DNA from: Candidatus Pacearchaeota archaeon
Lineage (GTDB): Archaea > Nanobdellota > Nanobdellia > Pacearchaeales > GW2011-AR1
Assembly (NCBI GenBank): GCA_016234065.1
Contig: JACQLJ010000012.1
Location: forward strand, 1 to 25,470
Length of the DNA: 25,470 nucleotides
Direction of reading: 5' to 3'
The position numbers and the translations under genes are program-made. The stretch's first letter is position 1. Each line of letters starts with the position of its first letter. The notes beneath the pieces are model-generated. The model saw only the letters and a list, made by a program, of their open reading frames with translations. It did not search any database and had not been told where the DNA came from. Shown one piece after another: positions 6,886 to 16,146 of this stretch.

Positions 6886-7170
6886 TTATTCTAATTTATT
6901 TATGTTAGATTTCTTCTCCAATACCTCAATCCTTTGCTGTAAATGGTAAATTTCATTTGAGAGATTTTCAATTTTTTCAATCATACTAGAAATCCTTTTG
7001 GCAAGATTTCTCCTTTTTTCTTCAGAATTTAAATCTTTATTGAAGGAAACGCCCTCCTGTGGCTCATCATCCCTAAAAGGGAACGTGCGCTCTCGCGGGT
7101 TTTTTACAATTTTCTCTCTTTCAGTTAAATCAAGAATTTTCTTGTTTTCCCAAAAGCCAAATATTCCCAT
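6886..7170 (-). CDS. hypothetical small coiled-coil protein (94 aa)
   Basis: ATG verified. N-terminus MGIFGFWENKK looks amphipathic. The C-terminus is heptad-like (ISSMIEKIENLSNEIYHLQQRIEVLEKK). Confidence 0.5.
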   Translation of the reverse strand: MGIFGFWENKKILDLTEREKIVKNPRERTFPFRDDEPQEGVSFNKDLNSEEKRRNLAKRISSMIEKIENLSNEIYHLQQRIEVLEKKSNINKLE

Positions 7171-7273
7171 AAAAAATATAGTTATATGAGATATTTAAGA
7201 TTTTTTGTGGTGCACTATAACAATCCTCTTGGATTTTAGAAACCTTTTTTAATAAACATTACTTTTAATTGGA

Positions 7274-8788
7274 ATGATATCAACTATTCAGCAAATCATA
7301 GGAAAAGTCAATCCTTTGCTTTATGCAAAAGATGGAAAAGAACTTTTAAAAAAATATGGCTCATGGGACAAAATTCCTGATGAAGAAGTAGGAAAGATAA
7401 TACCAAAACCTCTTTCAGAGCACAGATTAGTTTACGATTCAACATCAGAGACATTGGAGCCAATTTATTTTTTCACTATTGATTTGATGTCAAATGAACT
7501 CGGGCTTGATACAGAAAAACTAATGGATAATTTTACTTCCACACCCGGCTCGGCGCATTTTGCAGAACTCGGGCAAAGAGCGACGATAATGCAACAAAAT
7601 GCAACAAGAATACTCGGAGATGTAAACAATGTTATGAGAAGCATTTTGAATATAATTTATGACTTGAGAGAATTTAGGATACGACTAAAATCCTACGACG
7701 ATGCAAAGGTGGAAGACAAATCAAAACGCGAGGCCGCCTTGCTTTCATTGAAACAAATATGGCTTGATAAAGTTGATATAAGCAAAGGTAATACAAGCGT
7801 AAAGGCAATGGCTTTCGGGCAGGGCGGCTATCAAACACTTATTGATGCATTTCTGATTTCAAAAGATGAAAAAGACGCTGAAAAGATTGACTTGAATGAA
7901 AGAGTCAAAAGAATTTTAATTCCTAGAATTCAGGAATTTAACTTTTGGCTGAGGGAATCAGAAGTTGAATTAAGAAAAAGATATGAACTTGAAAAAACAT
8001 ACTTAAAAAGCCAGGTCAACAGCATGAAAATTTATTCCAGATGGGCAAAACCATACTTGAGAGCAGCACAGGAACTTGAGATGAATGCCACTGGGAAAAA
8101 TCCAGAGAGAAATCCTTTACTAGTTAAAACATTCAACACCATCTTTCTTGAACTAACAATTTTAGGAAAATCAAAACTTGATATTAAAAGTTCTGTGCTT
8201 GAAAGAGCACTACCTCTTGAATTGGAAAATGTCAAGAAATGGAACTTCAAGAGAGATTATTTCAGCTGCATTTTAGTTGATTTTAAGTTCAGAGGAATTC
8301 CGCAAAGAATAGACGCAAGAACACCGCAATATGTTTTCGGAGGCAGGACAGAAATAATATTCACATCATACGCGCTCAACTCCGATGAGATTAAAGCACT
8401 GGACAGCGAGCTGGAAAAATCAGACATAAGCGACGTCCTAAAATTAGTGGAAGGCATGACAACCGAGTCATTGGAAAAATTCCAGCAAGACATAAATTAT
8501 TTTTTGGAGGAAAAGGACTTTACGAAAACTGAAATGCCTAGTGAAAAGGAAAGTCCTAAAAAAAATGATGAGTCAAACCCTTTTCTTGCATTAATTGGCG
8601 CATACAATAAAAGTCCAAAGGAGCCGGAAAAAATCTTCTCGGGCACCGTGAAGTCGGAAATATTGGCTCCTGACAACTGGATTGAAAAAACGCAATTAAG
8701 AAGAGTTGCGGGAGAAAAAGCAAAAGCCACTACTTTTAATGCATTTGACATTTACAAGCAGGCGCATGGAATGATGAGTTACACCTGA
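7274..8788 (+). CDS. hypothetical protein, 504 aa, coiled-coil rich
   Basis: Long clean ORF with an AT-rich TATA-like stretch ~23 nt upstream. No catalytic or nucleotide-binding motif recognised. Confidence 0.6.
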   Translation: MISTIQQIIGKVNPLLYAKDGKELLKKYGSWDKIPDEEVGKIIPKPLSEHRLVYDSTSETLEPIYFFTIDLMSNELGLDTEKLMDNFTSTPGSAHFAELGQRATIMQQNATRILGDVNNVMRSILNIIYDLREFRIRLKSYDDAKVEDKSKREAALLSLKQIWLDKVDISKGNTSVKAMAFGQGGYQTLIDAFLISKDEKDAEKIDLNERVKRILIPRIQEFNFWLRESEVELRKRYELEKTYLKSQVNSMKIYSRWAKPYLRAAQELEMNATGKNPERNPLLVKTFNTIFLELTILGKSKLDIKSSVLERALPLELENVKKWNFKRDYFSCILVDFKFRGIPQRIDARTPQYVFGGRTEIIFTSYALNSDEIKALDSELEKSDISDVLKLVEGMTTESLEKFQQDINYFLEEKDFTKTEMPSEKESPKKNDESNPFLALIGAYNKSPKEPEKIFSGTVKSEILAPDNWIEKTQLRRVAGEKAKATTFNAFDIYKQAHGMMSYT

Positions 8789-8831
8789 TTCTTCAAGAAA
8801 TATTTTAATAGTTGTAATATTTATTTTTATC

Positions 8832-9404
8832 ATGAAAAAAGTTGTTAAAAAAAATAAAAAGAAAGCTGAGAAAAAAACTAAAAAAAAGCCAAGAGAAAAA
8901 TCAGCACAAAAAGAAACAAAAGTTATTGATGAAAAAAAGACAACTAATCTAGAAAACCAACTTATTTTAAACGAAGAGGGATTTGATATTGGTAGATTTG
9001 CTGCAGGAATAAAAATCCCAAAAGCACCTGTTTTAGAAAGAGTAACATTTCAACAGCCAAGGAACATTCAGCAAGGAGTTCAAACAGAGCAAACAAAAAA
9101 AGAAGATGAACTAAAATATGGGACAAGAGTTGATTACGGAATGAATAGAACTGCGAACAAAGATAGAGAAATAAGACATCAAACAGCAACCGAGTATGTA
9201 ACAGGAAAAGACGAAAAAAGAAAATTTCAGGGAGCAGAAGCATTTGACCAGTCTATGGTAAAAGTAATCCCTAATGAAGAAAGAAGAAATATTTTTCTTG
9301 GTCAACTAACTAACCCAAATTATGAAATTAGAAACGAAAAAAGGGATGTTGCTTTAGCAAGAGTTGGCAGCGAATATGAAATTAAAAAAAGAAAATATGA
9401 ATAA
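8832..9404 (+). CDS. hypothetical Lys-rich basic protein (190 aa)
   Basis: ORF with the N-terminal ~35 aa almost entirely K/E/T low complexity. Same strand as its neighbours. Confidence 0.5.
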   Translation: MKKVVKKNKKKAEKKTKKKPREKSAQKETKVIDEKKTTNLENQLILNEEGFDIGRFAAGIKIPKAPVLERVTFQQPRNIQQGVQTEQTKKEDELKYGTRVDYGMNRTANKDREIRHQTATEYVTGKDEKRKFQGAEAFDQSMVKVIPNEERRNIFLGQLTNPNYEIRNEKRDVALARVGSEYEIKKRKYE

Positions 9405-9492
9405 TATTTCCATGTTTCCCTCAAAACTCGGGAAAAAGAAAATACGAGTGAAAAAATTAATAAATATTGATTACTAACAAATAATAAATAAA

Positions 9493-11322
9493 ATGGCAGA
9501 TTACAATATTCCAGACATTTACCAAGGAGGATATTCCAGTTTGAACCCCACTTACGGGAGTATTTTTACTGGCTACAGAGTTAAGGACACTTCAACTATC
9601 GGTGTTTCAACTGACCCAAGAACAGCGAATGTTCTGAAAGATGTTTCTGACAAACTCGCGTCTGGACAAAAAACTACAGAACTTTCATTAATTGATTTAG
9701 GAACTCCATTAGACACAATCACAAAACAGCAACTTGCTGAAGTAAGAAGATTGGCTAAATTAACAGGGGTTGACATAACTGTTCACGGCCCTATAAATGA
9801 CGCTTCTGGAGCAACACAGCAAGGATTTGATGAAAATCAAAGGCAAGTTGCTGAAAGAAAACTGATTAATTCAATAGAGAGAGCAGAGGAGTTAAATGAA
9901 AATGGGAATATTCCTGTAACTTTTCATACTTCAAATGCTCTTCCTGGAAAGACATGGGGGATAGATGAAAAGGGTAAGATTAATACAATGGTGCTTCCGG
10001 TTGTAAATCAGGATACTGGACAAATGACTGCTGTAAAAAGAGAGGAAAGATATTACCCCACTATTGACAAAGAAGGAAAAGCAAGAAAAGTTCTCTTCAT
10101 CCCTGAAGAAAGGATTGAAAGTCTTAACTTATCTGACTGGGAGAATAATCTTCAGCAAGTAATTGTTCCGAAAGAACATGCAGATAGAATAATAAGAGAA
10201 TCACTTCCACTTGTCAGTGAGATTTATGGAAAAATCCAAAAAGGAGAATATTCTGCGGAAGAATTGGAAAAAAACCCAATTCAGAGAAATGCAATAAATA
10301 GATTGTCAAACGCACAAAACCAGCTTAAAGATGTTCAGTTACATCTTGATTCTTTGTTTCATAAAGCATACAAGTATGGAACAGAAGAAGAGAAAAAATA
10401 TCTTAATTTTATTGCACAGGATTTCACAAAAAGAATGGTAACAATAGAAAGAGATGGCGTTGCTGATCCCTTAAAGTACTCTGATGCCCTTCAAAATCTA
10501 ATGATTGGACTATATCCAAAAGATATTAAAGTTGGAGATAAAGAAATAAAATTCAATGCCCCTCAAGTTTACAAACCAGCTGAAGAATATGCTTTGGAAA
10601 AAACAGCGCAGACATTTGGCAATGTTGCATTTGAGTCATGGAAGAAATTTGGAAGCAAAGCGCCGATAATAAACATTGAAAATCCTCCTGCGGGCGGCGG
10701 TTTGTCCACTGGAGAGGACTTGAAAAATGTGATTGAAGAATCAAGAAAAAAATTTGCTGAAAAGTTAGTAAAAGAAAAACATTTTTCAGAAACGCAGGCG
10801 AAAAAAGAAGCAGAGAAAATGATTGGCGCAACGTGGGATGTTGGGCACATCAATCAGTTGAGAAGATATGGTTTTACAGGAGAACAAATTTTGGAAGAGG
10901 CGAAAAAGATTGCGCCTTATGTAAGACATATTCACTTGTCTGATAATTTTGGAATGGATAATATTGAATTGCCGATGGGAATGGGAAATGTTGACTTCAA
11001 AGAAACAATGAAGATTCTTGGGGAAAAAGGTGAAAAGGCAAAGAAAATTGTTGAGGCGGCGCATTGGTGGCAGCACATGCAATCATCGCCTTTCGCTGTC
11101 TCTTTAGAGGCGTTGGGGGCGCCTTTATATTCTACATTTGGAATGCCTTATTGGAATCAAAGTGTAGGTCTTCATCAAGGTTATCTCGGTGGCTATGGAA
11201 CCATGCTTCCACAAATAAATTATGAAACATTCGGAGCTGGGTTCTCAAATCTTCCGATGGAACTCGGGGGACAAAGACAGCAGACAGGAAGAGGAAGATT
11301 AAGCGGAACACCGATGGAGTAG
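9493..11322 (+). CDS. endonuclease IV / xylose-isomerase-like TIM-barrel protein with a large insertion (609 aa)
   Basis: Ordered AP-endonuclease-family-2 motifs: ITVHGP (aa ~96), VTFHTSN (~142), INIENPPAGGGLSTGEDL (~393), WDVGH (~447), HIHLSDN..D..LPMGMGNVDF (~479). About 245 aa separate the second and third motifs. G/Y/Q-rich C-terminal tail. Confidence 0.65.
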   Translation: MADYNIPDIYQGGYSSLNPTYGSIFTGYRVKDTSTIGVSTDPRTANVLKDVSDKLASGQKTTELSLIDLGTPLDTITKQQLAEVRRLAKLTGVDITVHGPINDASGATQQGFDENQRQVAERKLINSIERAEELNENGNIPVTFHTSNALPGKTWGIDEKGKINTMVLPVVNQDTGQMTAVKREERYYPTIDKEGKARKVLFIPEERIESLNLSDWENNLQQVIVPKEHADRIIRESLPLVSEIYGKIQKGEYSAEELEKNPIQRNAINRLSNAQNQLKDVQLHLDSLFHKAYKYGTEEEKKYLNFIAQDFTKRMVTIERDGVADPLKYSDALQNLMIGLYPKDIKVGDKEIKFNAPQVYKPAEEYALEKTAQTFGNVAFESWKKFGSKAPIINIENPPAGGGLSTGEDLKNVIEESRKKFAEKLVKEKHFSETQAKKEAEKMIGATWDVGHINQLRRYGFTGEQILEEAKKIAPYVRHIHLSDNFGMDNIELPMGMGNVDFKETMKILGEKGEKAKKIVEAAHWWQHMQSSPFAVSLEALGAPLYSTFGMPYWNQSVGLHQGYLGGYGTMLPQINYETFGAGFSNLPMELGGQRQQTGRGRLSGTPME

Positions 11323-11372
11323 AAAAGGTATTTAAAAGTAAATATATATCAGAGAATATAAAAGGTGATTAA

Positions 11373-12359
11373 ATGGCTGACTTAAAAGAGGCGAGATTTC
11401 TTGAGGAATTAAGAAGAGACATATCAAAAATTGACAAAGAAGTAAATTTGAACAAGAGACAAAATTCTAAAAATGTCTTTAAGGGCTTTAAAAAAACAGG
11501 CAAAGCAAAAAAAATTTCTTCAGATATTGAACTTAATGAAAAAGATAACCGCTTGAAATTGTCAAACAAAACAAATCCAACGCTTCATTTGAAGACAGAA
11601 TCAGAAATTGCAATGGATTTTGCGACGAAGGCCTACCAAAACTTCAATAAAATTGTAAAGTCAGTAATATTGTTCGGCTCTGCTGCAAAAAAAACACAAA
11701 CCCCTGGCTCTGACATTGATATAATAATAATTGTTGATGATGCTTCAATAAGATGGAATCAGGAACTTATAGCTTGGTATAGAGAAGAGCTTGAAAAAAT
11801 CGTGCAGAAAAATCCTTACAAAAAAAATCTTCATATTAACACAATAAAGTTAACCACGTGGTGGGATGATTTAATTCGCGGCGATCCAGTGGTTGTGAAC
11901 ATTATAAGAGATGGCGAAGCGCTTATTGATTTTGGGGGATTTTTTGAACCGCTGAAATATCTTCTTTCTACAGGGAGAATAAAGTCAACGCCAGAAGCAA
12001 TTTATAGCTTGCTTCAGAGAGCGCCGCAACATATTTCACGAAGCAAAATAGCAGAGTTAAATGTCGTTGAGGGACTTTTCTGGAGCATGGTTGATTCTTC
12101 TCATGCTGCATTAATAGCAGCGAAGATTTCACCTCCATCGCCAGAACACATTCCAATTGCACTAAAAGAAAACTTCGTGGACACTGGAAAATTAAAAATG
12201 AAATATGTAATTGATTACAGAGACATGTTTATGCTTCACAAAAGAATCTCTCACGGCGAGATAACTGATTTGAAAGGCGTGCCACTTGATCAGTTGCAAG
12301 AAAAAGCAGAGGACTTTCTCAGCACGATGGCGAGATTAGTTGATAGTATTATTAGTTAG
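11373..12359 (+). CDS. Pol-beta superfamily nucleotidyltransferase with C-terminal helical (HEPN-like) domain
   Basis: NTase signature ILFGSAAKK..GSDIDIIIIVDD. SD-like AAGGTGA lies 4 nt upstream of the ATG. Paralogous to 16147-17931. Confidence 0.7.
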   Translation: MADLKEARFLEELRRDISKIDKEVNLNKRQNSKNVFKGFKKTGKAKKISSDIELNEKDNRLKLSNKTNPTLHLKTESEIAMDFATKAYQNFNKIVKSVILFGSAAKKTQTPGSDIDIIIIVDDASIRWNQELIAWYREELEKIVQKNPYKKNLHINTIKLTTWWDDLIRGDPVVVNIIRDGEALIDFGGFFEPLKYLLSTGRIKSTPEAIYSLLQRAPQHISRSKIAELNVVEGLFWSMVDSSHAALIAAKISPPSPEHIPIALKENFVDTGKLKMKYVIDYRDMFMLHKRISHGEITDLKGVPLDQLQEKAEDFLSTMARLVDSIIS

Positions 12360-12361
12360 CT

Positions 12362-12553
12362 TTATCTTTTTGTAAAATAATGCAATGTTCTTCTGCTTTC
12401 ATCACGAGGGTCAACGAAATAAACCTCAGCTTCTTCAGGAATTTCTAGTTTAACGCCATCTTCTTTAATTCTAGTTGAGTGATAACTTAATGATTCTGGC
12501 ATTCCTTCAAGGGAAAATCCGTCGCTTGTTTTAACTTCAATTAGTTGTACCAT
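12362..12553 (-). CDS. hypothetical small protein (63 aa)
   Basis: The ATG lies 6 nt after the stop of the upstream 205-aa gene (same strand). No motif recognised. Confidence 0.4.
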   Translation of the reverse strand: MVQLIEVKTSDGFSLEGMPESLSYHSTRIKEDGVKLEIPEEAEVYFVDPRDESRRTLHYFTKR

Positions 12554-12559
12554 TTTATC

Positions 12560-13177
12560 TTAAGTCGCTTTTGGTTCTTTAGGTTTATACTTTTCAGAAA
12601 TTGCTTCTCCTACTTTATTGAAATCAGCATAAGAATTTGAAGAAGTCATTTTTAATGCAGCGCCCCTGTCATATGTTTTACTTAAAAGTCCATAAACTTC
12701 TAGGGCATCTTGTTCAGGACCACTTAATTTACTTTCTTTCCCTCCTTGAGAGGATTTTACTATTAAATCTAAAGCAGTGTAATCTTTTAATTCTTTAGGG
12801 ACACTAAATGTAAAAGCAGGACCTGTTAATGTTTTTGTAATTTCTTCAAGCTTTCCTAATTTTACCTGTTGCTTGCTAGATTGAATAATTCTTGCTATTT
12901 GAAGAGAAATGTCATAATCTGTAGCTGTTGGCTCACCGAAAACACCTAGTTGCTCTCCTTCTGCTCTTCTTTCAGCTAAAATTTCTGCTCTTTGAGTGTT
13001 GTAATCCTGACTTGCCACAACACCACCATAAGATTCAACAGCAGAACTCAACCCTGATTGTCCATAAACAAAAGGATTACCTCTAACTAAATTATATCCT
13101 CTTACTTGCTGGAATAATTTATTTACAAGATTGCTTTCAGCAATTCCTGTTGATTCGTTTCCTTTTGTTTTTGCCAT
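12560..13177 (-). CDS. hypothetical protein (205 aa)
   Basis: Clean ORF. TTTATAAA box at 13219-13226 upstream. No motif recognised. Confidence 0.55.
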   Translation of the reverse strand: MAKTKGNESTGIAESNLVNKLFQQVRGYNLVRGNPFVYGQSGLSSAVESYGGVVASQDYNTQRAEILAERRAEGEQLGVFGEPTATDYDISLQIARIIQSSKQQVKLGKLEEITKTLTGPAFTFSVPKELKDYTALDLIVKSSQGGKESKLSGPEQDALEVYGLLSKTYDRGAALKMTSSNSYADFNKVGEAISEKYKPKEPKAT

Positions 13178-13257
13178 TTTATTGTAATTTTTTACTTAAA
13201 ACTTCCAGAGAAAAGAGATTTATAAATCTTTCTATATTGTTACCACTGGATAAGTAG

Positions 13258-13390
13258 AACAACTAACTCTTTTAAATTGCTCTTGCTGGCATCTGATAAT
13301 ATATTCTCGCCTTCTACTCGTGCCCCGACTTTATATTAATAAAATAAATTTGTCAAAGTCAAAGCACTCGCTCGTTATTGGTTAGTTGTT
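13258..13390. repeat. structured intergenic element, copy B (133 nt)
   Basis: 10-bp terminal pairing AACAACTAAC / GTTAGTTGTT. Same ordered blocks as copy A, plus an AT-rich hairpin (GACTTT..AAAGTC, 13327-13360). Confidence 0.55.
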
Positions 13391-13459
13391 AATGTAAAAA
13401 CTTTTGGGTTTATCAATATTGGTAAACAACTGAACGAAGTGAAGCATTTTTAGGCAGGA

Positions 13460-14014
13460 TTAATTTAGCACAAGAACAGGATTTACGTGCTCAGTAAGAA
13501 TACTTTTCCTGCACGGAAGTTTTGGGCCGACTGTTTTTAGAACTTTTCTTCCGATTGCTTCTGCTTTTGGAGTCGCAACTGCCAGCATAAAAATCTTGCC
13601 ACCTGCTTTTATTATTGCTGCTTTGCCAGCTGCTTTTCCGAATGAAAGTTGCATTCCTGTGCTCATTCTGTCTGCGCCAGCTCCTGTAAGCATCTTGTTC
13701 TCTCGCTGAATATGATGGGGATAAGGAAAAATTCTGAAAAAATATTGCCCTGGAATCAAAGTGTCAAGTTGTTTATTGATATACTGCCTGCACGCTTCAA
13801 TAGCATAATTTCTTACTTGACAATCCTCAAGTGAAACAACTGTAAGTTTTATTGGAAATTTTCCCTCTTCAAAAGCCGCTTGATTGCCCATTGTAAATTT
13901 AGTAATCTTATGGGGTGGAACTGCTTTTATGAATGCCTTTCCTTTCACTCTGCTGACTCTTGTATAAGGAACAGCATGTCTCCTTGAATACGACGCTGCT
14001 TTTCTAACTGCCAT
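13460..14014 (-). CDS. rpl10e: 50S ribosomal protein uL16 (L10e)
   Basis: Typical L10e sequence: AVRKAASYSRR..YTRVS, MLTGAGADRMSTGMQLSFGK. Confidence 0.9.
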   Translation of the reverse strand: MAVRKAASYSRRHAVPYTRVSRVKGKAFIKAVPPHKITKFTMGNQAAFEEGKFPIKLTVVSLEDCQVRNYAIEACRQYINKQLDTLIPGQYFFRIFPYPHHIQRENKMLTGAGADRMSTGMQLSFGKAAGKAAIIKAGGKIFMLAVATPKAEAIGRKVLKTVGPKLPCRKSILTEHVNPVLVLN

Positions 14015-14432
14015 TTTCTACACCCCTAGATTGATATTTTATTTCCCTATAAACACCACATCCCAAATGATTTCCTCTACAAATATTAGGATTTTGTTTT
14101 GACTCGTAACCACAGACGCCTGAAAATGGACATACTAACAAAGATTCTCTTCCCAAACCACTCATAACTTTACCTATAACTTCCCCAAGTTGTTCTTTTC
14201 CTCCTGGGGAATTAAGTTTAAATCTCATCCTTCCTTCTTGATAATTTACTTCAACTTTACTAGAACCATCAGGAGATAAATGTACATGAATATCTCTTCC
14301 AAGATTGTATTCAGTTATTGGATCACGATACCCTCCTTGATCAACCAATATTCCACTAATTACCCCTAAAGTTTTAGATATTGCTTGAGGTTTAAATTTT
14401 ATTATTACACAATCATTATTTGCTCTTGACAT
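14004..14432 (-). CDS. hypothetical Cys-rich protein (142 aa) inside the ribosomal protein operon
   Basis: The ATG is 1 nt after the eL33 stop. The stop overlaps the uL16 start by 11 nt. C-terminal CPFSGVC..CRGNHLGC. Confidence 0.6.
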   Translation of the reverse strand: MSRANNDCVIIKFKPQAISKTLGVISGILVDQGGYRDPITEYNLGRDIHVHLSPDGSSKVEVNYQEGRMRFKLNSPGGKEQLGEVIGKVMSGLGRESLLVCPFSGVCGYESKQNPNICRGNHLGCGVYREIKYQSRGVENGS

Positions 14433-14433
14433 C

Positions 14434-14751
14434 TTAATTTATCTCCACTTCGCGCCCTGCCTCGGATTTGGTTTTTTCATTTTCACTCGCCAAAATGCTC
14501 ACCTCTGTGGTTAATGCTTGTCCTGGAAGCCCGCGCTCAAAAATCGCTCTTACAACACCTTTGTTTCCATGTGCGCTGGAAATCTTTCCGGAAATTATTT
14601 TTTCTCTCTTTCCGGGTGAAGTCCATTGAACTTCCTTGCCTATGAGCTTTTCTGCCTCGGCTTTTTTTGTTATGCCTGGAATTTCAACTAAGAAATGCCT
14701 TTCGTGAATTGTGTGCCTTCCCATACTAAATTGAATAATTTTTCCTTTCAT
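14434..14751 (-). CDS. rpl35ae: 50S ribosomal protein eL33 (L35Ae)
   Basis: KLIGKEVQW, GKISSAHGNKGVVRAIFERGLPGQA match the L35Ae family. ATG at 14751. The track start 14802 is TTG and would add 17 basic residues. Confidence 0.85.
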   Translation of the reverse strand: MKGKIIQFSMGRHTIHERHFLVEIPGITKKAEAEKLIGKEVQWTSPGKREKIISGKISSAHGNKGVVRAIFERGLPGQALTTEVSILASENEKTKSEAGREVEIN

Positions 14752-14861
14752 TTTAAAAGACAACCAAGGTTTTCTTTTAGAAACTTTCCTTTTAATTGTC
14801 AAATCTTATTTTACTTCATTTCTGAATATGGAATTAATAGAAAAGTGGTTTTTAAAAGTTT

Positions 14862-15710
14862 TCAGTGGCGATGATTCTCGTGAGAAAGGTCAAACGGATT
14901 TCTGACATGTTCATGATTTTTCAAACCTATCTTAGTAAAAGTATCACAAGCTAAACCGGCAGCACTTATTTTTGCACTTTCAAAAATTCTGGCTGCAGGA
15001 GAAAATACCCTATATAATGAAGAGTTATCTGAATCAAATTTATCTTTGTAAAATCCAGGCAAATTTTCTTCAGTAATTGTTACGCGAGAATTATTTCCAT
15101 GAGCAGTAACTGCCGGAGTCGCAACTCCCCTCTCATTCCTATTATCTACTATCCTATAAACATCTTTCAATGCATCTGCAACATCATAAATTACTCCCCT
15201 ATTTGTAATTAGCCCTCCAGCTTCGTCTTTATTCATTAAACTTAATCCACTCATAGCTGCCAAACCCACAGGCAACGCAAAAGGATAAGATATTGCTTCC
15301 AGCGTAAGAATGTCTTTTAAGCTTGAAGGATCAAAATTAGCTCCTGAAACAGTCGCTATAAACAAAGGAACAAGTGTTGCAGAAAGAGCGCATCCAAACT
15401 CAGCAGTTCCAGCGGCCTTTATCACATCACCAAATCTTGCTTTTATTTCATCTCTTATTGATTCAATGTAAACATGCCCTACCCCATAAGTCCCTCCGAG
15501 AATAATACCTCCTAAATATCCCAAGAAATTATTTTCTGTAAAATATGTTGCAAATCCATCTCCCACAGCACAAGTCAGAACACATCCTGCTTCTACAAAT
15601 TTATGTCTTCCCGCTTCTTTAGAACCTGCCTTTACATATTTTCCAAGATTTTTTCCAAGAGATGTATTTACATCCCAAGCATCTTTTACATAATTATCAA
15701 CATGCATCAT
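14862..15710 (-). CDS. hypothetical Gly/Ala-rich hydrophobic protein (282 aa)
   Basis: Clean ORF with ATG ATG start. Hydrophobic G/A-rich segments (GGIILGGTYGVG, CALSATLVPLFIATVSG, FALPVGLAAMSGLSL). His-rich C-terminal end. Confidence 0.55.
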   Translation of the reverse strand: MMHVDNYVKDAWDVNTSLGKNLGKYVKAGSKEAGRHKFVEAGCVLTCAVGDGFATYFTENNFLGYLGGIILGGTYGVGHVYIESIRDEIKARFGDVIKAAGTAEFGCALSATLVPLFIATVSGANFDPSSLKDILTLEAISYPFALPVGLAAMSGLSLMNKDEAGGLITNRGVIYDVADALKDVYRIVDNRNERGVATPAVTAHGNNSRVTITEENLPGFYKDKFDSDNSSLYRVFSPAARIFESAKISAAGLACDTFTKIGLKNHEHVRNPFDLSHENHRH

Positions 15711-15784
15711 AGAAATGACTTGTAGGAAGTGCTTTTAAATTTTATGGATTATTTTTATCAATAAGTAAATAAATTATATGGCTT

Positions 15785-16105
15785 CTAAAAGTCGTAGCCC
15801 GCACCTCTCCAAATAGTTCTAACAAAACTTTCGTCATATCCTAAAACCCGTGCTACTTCCACAGGATTTTTTTTATATGTTTGGTATGAATCTAAAATTA
15901 TCTTGTGAGGATCATATGTCTTGCCATTTTTTCTTCTGTTGTTTTCAATTAATCCTTCATTTCTCCAAATTTCTCTTATAACGGCATTTGAAACCCTCTC
16001 TTTTGTCCGCCTTCTAAATATTCTTCTAGCTTCAAAAGCATCTCCTTCGGTTGATTGATACAATCTTATTAAAAGAGTCCTATATCTAAAATTTAATCCT
16101 GACAT
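15785..16105 (-). CDS. hypothetical protein with an internal duplication of an HTH-like module (106 aa)
   Basis: Two halves share ..Y......A.R......S..VR.IWR..G (ERVSNAVIREIWRNEG / YDESFVRTIWRGAG). Confidence 0.5.
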   Translation of the reverse strand: MSGLNFRYRTLLIRLYQSTEGDAFEARRIFRRRTKERVSNAVIREIWRNEGLIENNRRKNGKTYDPHKIILDSYQTYKKNPVEVARVLGYDESFVRTIWRGAGYDF

Positions 16106-16146
16106 GAATATTAAGTCAGTTAGTGGATTTTAAAATATTATTGCAA

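Noticed and set aside
8832-8900. A7-A8 homopolymer runs at the 5' end of the Lys-rich gene, considered as phase-variation tracts
   Set aside because: They are simply AAA/AAG lysine codons in a K-rich low-complexity N-terminus. There is no evidence of alternative frames.
5107-13257. Elements A and B considered as att-like boundaries of an integrated element next to tRNA-His
   Set aside because: The interval contains gltX and no integrase or other mobile-element genes. A and B are structured elements in their own right rather than simple direct repeats.
14752-14802. TTG start at 14802 for rpl35ae
   Set aside because: It is a non-ATG start that adds 17 residues not seen in L35Ae family members I recall, so I prefer ATG 14751. 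A TATA-like ATTAAT near 14830 means the longer form is not excluded.
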